A stretch of 64,000 nt of DNA. Origin: Thermoproteota archaeon. Its GTDB lineage: Archaea > Korarchaeota > Korarchaeia > Korarchaeales > Korarchaeaceae. Within the stretch, counting starts at the first letter, position 1. Each line of letters opens with the position of its first letter. This document shows, piece after piece, positions 54,072-61,937 of the stretch. The notes under the pieces were generated by a model that saw nothing but the letters and a program-made list of their open reading frames with translations, ran no database searches and had not been told where the DNA came from. The stretch is taken from contig JAOZGC010000002.1 in NCBI GenBank assembly GCA_027491915.1, positions 512,001 through 576,000 on the forward strand, read 5' to 3'. The position numbers and the translations under genes were made by a program.

Positions 54072-57008
54072 TCACTCCAGGTAGAGGGCCGGCCTCCCCG
54101 GGAGGGCCCTGGCCGCCCTCCCCTCCGGGTCGGACCCGGGCTCCTCCTCGGTGGCCACCGCAACCTCCACCCCGAGCGCCCCGGAGATGTAGGCCCTCCC
54201 CTCCTCCAGGGCCCTGATCTCCTCATCCCTGTTCTCGAGCCAGGTCCACCCCCCCGCCTTGGCGTAAGTCCTGGCGATCCCGGAGACCTCCCTATCCCTC
54301 CCCGCCACCAACCCCGCCTCCGCGGCGGCCCTGATCAGCGTGGGGGGGTCCATCCTGCCGGACCTCTCCGCGGCCTCCTCCATGACCCTGAAGAGGTCGT
54401 ACTTCCACCCCGCGGCGACGTACACCCTGAGCCTCTCCGGCCTCCTCCCCCTCCTCTCCCCGACGGTCCTCATGACCGTTCTGGCGTCCTCCACGAGCCT
54501 GTCTATGACCTCCACCATCTTCTCGGCCCGCTCGTCGATCAGATTCTCGTCTTCCTCGGGCCACGGCGCGAGCGAGACGAAGCCATCCCTCCCCATAGAG
54601 CTCCAGGCTTCCTCCGCCACGTGAGGAGCGAACGGCGCGAGGAGCCTGATCCAGGCGTCCATCACGGTGGCCATGACCCTCCTGGTGGACTCGGCCTCCT
54701 CGTCGACCGCCTGCAGGTACTTGGACACGTCCCTGCCCAGGTTGTAGAACGCGGCCAGGAGGGCCCTCCTGGTCTCGCAGGACTCCATGGCCTCCGTGGC
54801 CTCGGCTATCCTCCTCTGCAGGGTGGACAGCATCCACCTGTCCCACATCCCGAGGGAGGACGGGTCCGGGGGGATCGCCTCCCCCCCGTACCTCCTGGCC
54901 ATCCTCAGGAGCCTCTCCAGCCTCCCGAGGGTCGACCTGGCGACGTCCCTCTTGAAGTCCGCGTCAGACATCAGGTCGGCCGCCCCCATGATGGTGACCC
55001 TGATCGGATCCGCCCCGAACTCCCTGACCGCGTCCCTTATGGGGATTATGTTGCCCAGGGTCTTGCTCATCTTCTGGCCCTCCATGAGGACCGACCCGTT
55101 CACGACTATCTGCCTCGGCCAGAGCTCCTCCGGAAACACGGCGGCGTGGTTGAACACGAAGAAGGTCAGGTGGTTCCAGACCAGGTCCCTGCCGCTGTGC
55201 CTGGAGTCCAGGGGGTACCAGTACAGGAACTCCTCCCTCATGGCCCTCACCTCCCCCTCCGGGATCCCGAGCCTCTCGGCCACCGAGGCCGGGTCCCCCT
55301 CGCCCAGCATGACGTAGTCGAAGAAGTAGTCCCCCAGCCTGTCCGGGTCGACGCCGAGCCTCCTGAGCCTGTGGCTTATGGTGTAGTAGGCCATGTATAT
55401 GGTGGAGTCGCTGAGGCTCTCTATCACCCACCTGGGGTCCATGGGCAGCCTGGTGCCTAGCCCCCTGCTCCTGGCGCAGGCCTTCTCCCTGACCCACTCG
55501 ATGACGTCCTGGAACTCCCCCCTGAGGGCCTCCGGCAGGATGCGCATCCTGGAGAGGAGCCTCCTGGCGTCCTCCTTCCATCCCGGGTTGGAGTAGTCTA
55601 TGAACCACTGGTCCTCCACCACCTTGACCACGACCTCGGCCCCGCACCTGCAGTAGACTGGCCTGTTGGCCACCTCGTAGAACCGGAAGGCCTTCCCCGC
55701 GGCCTCCAGGTCCCTCCTCACCTCCTCCTTCGCCTCGGAGACCGGCAGGCCAGCGTACCTCCCGACGTTCTCCCTCATCACCCCGGAGTGGTACTCCGCC
55801 CTGTAGACCTCCTTGGTGGCCTCCTCCGCCTCCGGATCAGACTGGTCCTCTATTCCCCTGGACTCGACCGCGTCCCGGGCCGGGAGCTCAGAGTACCCCT
55901 CCACCCTGATTATGGAGATCGGCTCGATCCCCGCCAGGATGGACGGATCGATTCCCAGGCCCCTCAGGGGATCGGGGTTCCTCTTGAGGTCCCTCAGGGC
56001 CAGGTAGTCGTAGGGGGCGTGTCCCGGGACCGACATGACCAGGCCCGTCCCGTAGTCCGGGTCCACGAACCGGGCGGGGAGCACGGGGACCCTCTCCCCG
56101 GTGGCCGGGTTCTCGGCCCACCTCCCTACCAGCTCCGCCCCCCCGATCCTGCCCACCTCCCTCGCGTCGAACCCCTGGAACCCGAGCTTCAGCAGGCCCC
56201 TGTCGCTGACCACCCACCTCTCCCCCCCGACCTGGGCCACGGCGTACTCCACGTCCGGGTTGACCCAGAGGTTCGTCACCCCGTAGACCGTCTCGGGCCT
56301 GAACGTGGCCACCGGGAACACGGTCCCGTCCTCCAGCCGGAACTTGATCACCGTCACCTCCTCTATCTCCGGCTCCACGTCCCCCTTGGTGTCGTGCTGG
56401 CCCACAGCCATGTCGTCCCTGGGGCACCACCCGACCGGGTGCCTCCCCTTCACCAGGTAACCCCTGGACGCGAGCCTGCGGAACTGCCACTCTATGAACC
56501 GGTTGTACGCCGGGTCTATGGTGGTGAACTCCCTCCTCCAGTCTATCGAGTATCCCATGAGCCTCATGCCCTCCTTTATCTCCTCGTGGAAGTACCTGGC
56601 CAGCCTCAGCGGGTCGGTGAACTCCCTTATCTTATCCTCCGGCACCCCGTAAACTTCCCTGAACAGCCTGATGAGCTCCTCCTCACCGTCCTGGATCCTC
56701 TCGGCCATGGCCAGTATGGGCGTCCCGGTGTAGTGGAAGGCCATGGGGAGGAGGACGTTGTACCCCCTCATCCTCTTGTACCGGGCGTAGGCGTCGGTTA
56801 TCCCGTAGGTCCTGCCGTGCCCCACGTGCTGCGGGGAGTTCGGGTATGGGTAGGCGACGGTCAGGTAGAACTTGGGCCTGGTCGGGTCCGGGTCGGCCTC
56901 GAATATCCCGGCCTCCGCCCACCTCCTCTGCCACTTCCGCTCTATCTCCCTGAGGGACTCGAGGAACTCCTCGGACAAGGCGGGTCCGGCGCCGGGCGTC
57001 TCGGGCAA
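54072..57008 (-). CDS. leuS: Leucyl-tRNA synthetase (archaeal type)
   Basis: AYPYPN..HVGH, T.RPET, GTG.V.SVP.HAPYD, KMSKT. Confidence 0.97.
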   Translation of the reverse strand: MPETPGAGPALSEEFLESLREIERKWQRRWAEAGIFEADPDPTRPKFYLTVAYPYPNSPQHVGHGRTYGITDAYARYKRMRGYNVLLPMAFHYTGTPILAMAERIQDGEEELIRLFREVYGVPEDKIREFTDPLRLARYFHEEIKEGMRLMGYSIDWRREFTTIDPAYNRFIEWQFRRLASRGYLVKGRHPVGWCPRDDMAVGQHDTKGDVEPEIEEVTVIKFRLEDGTVFPVATFRPETVYGVTNLWVNPDVEYAVAQVGGERWVVSDRGLLKLGFQGFDAREVGRIGGAELVGRWAENPATGERVPVLPARFVDPDYGTGLVMSVPGHAPYDYLALRDLKRNPDPLRGLGIDPSILAGIEPISIIRVEGYSELPARDAVESRGIEDQSDPEAEEATKEVYRAEYHSGVMRENVGRYAGLPVSEAKEEVRRDLEAAGKAFRFYEVANRPVYCRCGAEVVVKVVEDQWFIDYSNPGWKEDARRLLSRMRILPEALRGEFQDVIEWVREKACARSRGLGTRLPMDPRWVIESLSDSTIYMAYYTISHRLRRLGVDPDRLGDYFFDYVMLGEGDPASVAERLGIPEGEVRAMREEFLYWYPLDSRHSGRDLVWNHLTFFVFNHAAVFPEELWPRQIVVNGSVLMEGQKMSKTLGNIIPIRDAVREFGADPIRVTIMGAADLMSDADFKRDVARSTLGRLERLLRMARRYGGEAIPPDPSSLGMWDRWMLSTLQRRIAEATEAMESCETRRALLAAFYNLGRDVSKYLQAVDEEAESTRRVMATVMDAWIRLLAPFAPHVAEEAWSSMGRDGFVSLAPWPEEDENLIDERAEKMVEVIDRLVEDARTVMRTVGERRGRRPERLRVYVAAGWKYDLFRVMEEAAERSGRMDPPTLIRAAAEAGLVAGRDREVSGIARTYAKAGGWTWLENRDEEIRALEEGRAYISGALGVEVAVATEEEPGSDPEGRAARALPGRPALYLE

Positions 57009-57065
57009 ATATAGATGTTCCGCCCGACCGGCGGCGTTTTATTGCGCCGCGCCGCAGGGGGCGAG

Positions 57066-57121
57066 GCGGGATGAGGAGGTCTGCCTACTGATCCGTGATG
57101 ACTTTGCCGAGTCCCGACCGC
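57066..57121 (+). ncRNA. C/D-box methylation guide sRNA
   Basis: C ATGAGGA 57071-77, D' CTGA 57088-91, C' GTGATGA 57095-101, D CCGA 57114-17; terminal GCGG/CCGC stem; TTTTATT about 26 bp upstream. Confidence 0.75.
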
Positions 57122-57452
57122 TCCCGCGATGCGGGGCCCTTATAAGGGCCCTATCCGGATAGGGCGAGGCGCGAACGCCTCTCCCCCCGGGGGGTTTCGT
57201 CCCGGGTGTCCGTCCGTGCCCGCCACCCCACGGGACCTGGGTGGGGGCCCACTCGGGGACGAGCCCCCCTGGGATGCCCATCTGGGGTCCAGATCTCGGC
57301 GTCGGATACCTGAGGGGGGGAATGGGCGTCCAGAAACTGCTGGACCTTTCGGTGAAGGCCGCCGGAGTTCGCCATCTCGGATCTCCTCGATTGGGCGCAC
57401 CTTCCACCCCACCCCGGTGCGGCGCGCGGCGCGTATCCGCCCCCCCGATAGA

Positions 57453-57489
57453 TGGGAAATCTTAAAATTCCCACCAACTCGAGATGGGA
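57453..57489. promoter_or_regulatory. vapBC promoter/operator: TGGGA / TCCCA / TGGGA boxes at 16-bp period around TTAAAA
   Basis: Boxes at 57453, 57469 and 57485. Confidence 0.45.
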
Positions 57490-57737
57490 TGATGAGTTTC
57501 GCGGTCGAGGTGGATGGGAGGGGGAGGGTCACGATCCCCAAGAGGTTGAGGGACTCCCTCAGGATCGGTCGGAAGGTCAGGATGAAGGTTGAGGGTCGCA
57601 GAATAATAATAGAGCCGATTGAGGATCCGCTGGACGAGCTGACCGACCTCGTGAGGGGGTCCAAGCTCAGCTCCGACAGGGCGGGGGAGATAGGGCGCGC
57701 GGCCTCGGAGCAGCTCCTCAGGGAGGCTCGGCGATGA
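57489..57737 (+). CDS. vapB: AbrB/MazE-type antitoxin
   Basis: VDGRGRVTIPK.LR..L.I, IIIEP. Confidence 0.9.
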   Translation: MMSFAVEVDGRGRVTIPKRLRDSLRIGRKVRMKVEGRRIIIEPIEDPLDELTDLVRGSKLSSDRAGEIGRAASEQLLREARR

Positions 57738-58141
57738 GGTGGATGGTGGAAACCGATATAATCTTGTCCGCGATATGCAGGGGGGATCCAAACCACGATC
57801 TCTCCAGAGAGGTCCTCAGGGGACTCAGGAGGGCCTTCCTATCTCCGTACTCCCTGATGGAACTGGATCTCCTCATGAGATCGGGTAATCTGGAGGTGGA
57901 GAGTTACGAAGAGTTCTGGAGTTCCTTCGATGAGTTCATGAGGCAGTACGGCATTAAGCTGACACCCTCCAAGCCATTGCACTTCTCTGAGGCTGAGAGG
58001 GTGAGGAATACCCATGGCCTGTCCTACTTCGACAGCCTCCACGCCGCCGCGGCGATCCACGAGGGCGTGACGCTGATCAGCTACGATGGGTCCTACTCCA
58101 GAGTCGACGGGCTCAGGCACGTCCACCCCAAGGAACTTTAG
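57734..58141 (+). CDS. vapC: PIN-domain toxin
   Basis: VETDII, E, LSYFDSLHAA.A, ISYD; ATGA overlap. Confidence 0.9.
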   Translation: MRWMVETDIILSAICRGDPNHDLSREVLRGLRRAFLSPYSLMELDLLMRSGNLEVESYEEFWSSFDEFMRQYGIKLTPSKPLHFSEAERVRNTHGLSYFDSLHAAAAIHEGVTLISYDGSYSRVDGLRHVHPKEL

Positions 58142-58451
58142 GGCTGTTATCGGAGGACGCTCAACAGCCTTCCATTCGAAGTCGATGCCGGACTGGATCG
58201 AGACTACGTCGCCTGGAATGATGGTCCGCGGTGTTCGCCCGCCCGCTCCTCCCTCCGTCCCCCCGCCAGCACCCTCCGACCATCCGTGGCCCGCTCTAAC
58301 TAGTCCCTTGCTCCCTGGGAACACCCAGAAGAGAAGAAGGGGGAAGGAAGGCCTCTCCCCTATCGTCACCTTTCTACATGCGATATCCGGGAGGGCGATC
58401 CGGCCACGTCCCGCGTTATGGGCTGGCCGGCTGTAGGACCTCAGAAACAGG

Positions 58452-58920
58452 GTGAGGACTCTCTGGGAGCAGATAATGGCTCTGGACTCTCATAGAGACC
58501 ATCAGATCGGCCAGTATTACGTACCTGATGACTTCCCCCGCGTAAAGCTTCCTGTTGGCCAGCGGGGGAGCGGGGAGGTATGGAGTGCCAGTCGTCAGCT
58601 CTGGAGACACGGGGATGAGATGGTAGCCGGGGGATTCGCCCTGGAGAGGGCCGAGGTAATCGGGGATGATCGAAGTGATGCCCTACCTCGGCGGGTCCGC
58701 GAGGAACGCGGTTCAGTTCGGTGCCTGGGGGACTCCGACATACCCTCTCGCTGAGCCACGGGATCGCCGCGGCCAGCAGGGGAAGGGACGGGTGGAGGGG
58801 GCCGTCCTGGCGAGAGTCGACGAGATGCTGAGGAGTCGACGAGATGCTGGGGTTGGGCAGGAGGGCCAGGCTCCCGGTGGCCAGGCTGGAGGAGATGGTA
58901 GGTGGTCAGGGTCAACTCTG
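58452..58920 (+). pseudogene. Possible decayed GNAT-like gene
   Basis: Fragments in several frames (EVIG/MIEVMP, QQGKG..GAVLA) and a 19-bp tandem duplication. Confidence 0.3.
58814..58849. repeat. Tandem repeat GAGTCGACGAGATGCTG x2 (period 19)
   Basis: Exact copies at 58814-58830 and 58833-58849. Confidence 0.85.
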
Positions 58921-59054
58921 GGCCGGGGCGCTCGGCGCGGGCCCGGGCGCGTCGATCCTACCTGCAGCCTCTGGTTCGGCGGCGTAGCGGCCGCGGCCGT
59001 CGGGGTCGCGTCCCGCATACCGGTTTAAATTCCCGCCCGGCCGCCGACCCAGAC

Positions 59055-59551
59055 ATGCACCGCGGGAGGGGCAGGGGCAGGGGGAGGCGCGGCGGCAGGG
59101 GGTGGGCCTGGAGGGCCGGCCGCCGCCAGGATGGGGGATGGGGACGGGGAGAGGGCCAGGCCCTGGGCCGGGGATGGGCCGCGGTCCCGGACCAGGGACC
59201 TCCGGCCTCGGCAGGGGTTTTGGCCGCGGCTGGGGTCTGGGCCGGGGCCGCGGGACGGGCTGGCCCGGGGGCGCGGGCCCCCCGGACCGGTCGGCTCTCA
59301 TCCCCCGGGTCGGGCCGCCTCCCTCTACCCCCGTCGGGCCCGCCCCGGGGCAGGTCCACCCGACTCGGACCGAAGCGAGCAAGGTGGAGGCCATCTACGA
59401 TCTTCTCCCAAAGTTGGACTGCAGGGCGTGCGGTTTCTCCGGTTGTAGGGAATGCGCCGAGGCCATGGTCTCGGGCAGGGCCCCGCCGGACGCTTGCAGG
59501 GTGGCCGGAGATCGGGTGGCGCTCAGGATAAGGGAGATCCTGGGGGGCTAG
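59055..59551 (+). CDS. Gly/Arg-rich protein with C-terminal RnfB-type Fe-S domain; probable frameshift near 59120 (in-frame ORF 59102-59551)
   Basis: LLPKLDCRACGFSGCRECA...C; TTTAAA at 59024 points to ATG 59055, which is in another frame. Confidence 0.7.
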
Positions 59552-59630
59552 CCGAGGGTCTGGTCGGATCGGGTTGGGCGGGAGGGAGGGGGGACCGCCG
59601 CGTCCCCGCCGGATCCCGGACCGCCACCCG

Positions 59631-61829
59631 TCACCTGCCCCTGCGCCAGATCGCGGCCGCGAGGGCGGCGAGGGCCGCGGCGACCGCCAGCAGGAGCAGG
59701 AGGAACGTCCTGTCCTCCCACCAGGCCCCGCCGGGAGGCGGCCCCTCCTCGACTCCCCCGGATGGGGCGGCCCCGCCGCCTCCCGCCCCCGCCCCGGTCA
59801 CGTGCAGGTTGATGGTCTCGGCGTCCTCCGCCCCGTCGGCCGAGGCCCTGACCACGACTAGGTAGTCCCCCGGGGAGCCGGCCGCGAGGTAGACGACGGC
59901 CCTCTGCCCGGGCCTGACCTGGGCGGGGGTGACGTTCCACTCGACCCCGGGCGGCGCCTCCACGGTCAGGGACACGGAGGGCGCCTCCCCCCGGACGACC
60001 TCGGCGGCGGCCCAGGTCCTCACGGGCCTCCCGACTTCGGAGGAGAGGTTACCCTCCCCCAGCCTCAGGTCTATCCGGACCTCGCCCCCGTGGGGCTGCT
60101 GGCCCCCGCCGCCCCCTCCCGCCGCGGCCGACACGTGGAGGGTGACCGCGGCCTGCCTGACCAGGGAGCCGCTGGTCCCGACCACCTGCACCTCGTAGTC
60201 GCCTGGCGGGGTGTCCCCTGTCGGCATGACCCTGAGGTACGCCGTCCCCCCGGGGGACAGCGGGCTCCCGTGCACCAGGTGGAGGGATCCCGGCGGGGCG
60301 CCCGCCACCGACAGCTCGACCTCCCCGGAGAAGTCTCCCACCGCCTCCAGGTGGACCTCGAACGTGGCGGCCCTCCCCTGGACGGTCGTCGCCTCCGTCG
60401 GGTCGGGGATCAGGGCGAAGTCGCCCTGTCCCGCGGGGGGCTGCCCTCCTCCTGGAGGCTGCTGCCCTCCCCCTCCCCCTCCCCCGCCTCCGCCCCCGCC
60501 GCCGGCCTGCTGCTGGGGCGGCTGCAGGACCATGATCCAGGCCGACGCCGAGTCCTCCAGCCCGCCCCCCTGGCCGATCACCGTGACCAGGTAGTTCCCC
60601 GGCTCAGCCCAGTCTGGGACCCCCACCGTCAGCTGGGCCTCGGCCCCCTCCCCCGGGACGGCGGCCTCGGGGCTCACTGAGATGGACGCCCCGACGGGAC
60701 CGCCGGACGCCGAGAAGTGGACCTCCTCGGAGAATCCGAAGTGCGGGACGGCGTCAACCGAGAGGGAGGCCTCCTCCCCCGGGTGGACCGACACCAGGGG
60801 CGGACTGAGGAAGACGGAGAACGTCGGAGGGTACTCGGGCTGGGCGCCTGGGGGAGGCTGGAACCCCCCGGGTCCTGGGATCGGCACCTCCTCGGGCGGG
60901 GGGCCGGCCGGCGGCCCGGGATCCGCCGGCAGAAGGTCGCTCACGTCGGGCACCTGGCCGGGGGGTATGTTGGGCAGGGGGAAGACGTTCTCGCCCTCCC
61001 CCTGGTCCTCCGGCGGTATTCCCGGGATCTGACCCATCCAGGACGGTATGGAGGGGATCCCCGGGATCAATGGGATGGGAGGAGGCTGCTCGCCCCCTCC
61101 TCCGCCCGCCCCGCCCCCGTACTCCACGTACAGGGTCGGCGACTGCCCCATCTCCTTCGAGCGGAGTATGACCTCGCACCCCATCTCCGGCTCCCAGTCG
61201 TACCCCCACCAGTCCGAGTCCGGCGCCAGGGCCAGCCTCACCTCACCCCCGGCCGACACCTCCCCCTTCAGCTCGTCCGTCAGGTCCAGGACCAGGGGGC
61301 TCTTTCCCTCCGGGGTGACGTAGAAGGATCCCAGGTCGTGGAGGTGATCCCAGGGATCCCAGGCCTCGCCGGGGGACAGCTCCTCCCAGGTCACCCCGTG
61401 CTCCGAGAATTCTACGTCGACCCTGGACACGGCGAACCTGCACAGCTCCGAGGGCGGCCCGGGCACCGCGTCGTATATGCCCTGGAGGGGGAGGATCAGC
61501 AGGACCTTGGAGACCACGCCCTGGGACTCGATCCCGGTCAGGTCGAACTTCAGGAGGGTTATCGAGTCCCACCTCTCCAGGTAGACCATGCACGGCCCGC
61601 CGTCCTGACAGGCCGGCTCGCCGTAGTCGAAGAAGTAGCCCGCGGTCAGGAGCTCGTCGTCCCCCCAGTTCTGGGACGAGTAGGCCGGGTGCTCGTAGAT
61701 CGACACGTCGGCGGCGGCGTAGGAGTACACCTTGACCACGTCGCCGGGAGAGGCGGCCGCCGGGGCGGCCGCCAGGATCAGGACCAGGATCGGGATGGCC
61801 GCCGGGAGGAGGACCTTCCTCTTCATCAA
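59631..61829 (-). CDS. Secreted DNRLRE-like domain protein with Pro-rich linker, three Ig-like repeats and C-terminal TM anchor
   Basis: Signal peptide; AD..I....P..N.G, LLKFDL, VTW, SKE...PTLYV; F.G.V.LS..G.P.G repeats; TM followed by RRGR. Confidence 0.7.
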   Translation of the reverse strand: MMKRKVLLPAAIPILVLILAAAPAAASPGDVVKVYSYAAADVSIYEHPAYSSQNWGDDELLTAGYFFDYGEPACQDGGPCMVYLERWDSITLLKFDLTGIESQGVVSKVLLILPLQGIYDAVPGPPSELCRFAVSRVDVEFSEHGVTWEELSPGEAWDPWDHLHDLGSFYVTPEGKSPLVLDLTDELKGEVSAGGEVRLALAPDSDWWGYDWEPEMGCEVILRSKEMGQSPTLYVEYGGGAGGGGGEQPPPIPLIPGIPSIPSWMGQIPGIPPEDQGEGENVFPLPNIPPGQVPDVSDLLPADPGPPAGPPPEEVPIPGPGGFQPPPGAQPEYPPTFSVFLSPPLVSVHPGEEASLSVDAVPHFGFSEEVHFSASGGPVGASISVSPEAAVPGEGAEAQLTVGVPDWAEPGNYLVTVIGQGGGLEDSASAWIMVLQPPQQQAGGGGGGGGGGGGGQQPPGGGQPPAGQGDFALIPDPTEATTVQGRAATFEVHLEAVGDFSGEVELSVAGAPPGSLHLVHGSPLSPGGTAYLRVMPTGDTPPGDYEVQVVGTSGSLVRQAAVTLHVSAAAGGGGGGQQPHGGEVRIDLRLGEGNLSSEVGRPVRTWAAAEVVRGEAPSVSLTVEAPPGVEWNVTPAQVRPGQRAVVYLAAGSPGDYLVVVRASADGAEDAETINLHVTGAGAGGGGAAPSGGVEEGPPPGGAWWEDRTFLLLLLAVAAALAALAAAIWRRGR

Positions 61830-61937
61830 CTCGAGCGACTCCCCTTGCTTATAACCTCCGGCGGCTCATCCCCCCGTCCCACCCCCCGCCCCCCTCCGAC
61901 CCGAAAAGGATTAACCCCCGGGCGGCCGCCCGCCCCG

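Noticed and set aside
57189-57205. GGACGAAAC on the minus strand, resembling a hammerhead ribozyme core
   Set aside because: No CUGANGA element at a suitable position
57311-57350. G-string plus GTCCAG/CTGGAC, considered as an ORB replication-origin element
   Set aside because: Does not match TCCAxTGGAAA; no repeated ORBs, AT-rich unwinding element or cdc6 nearby
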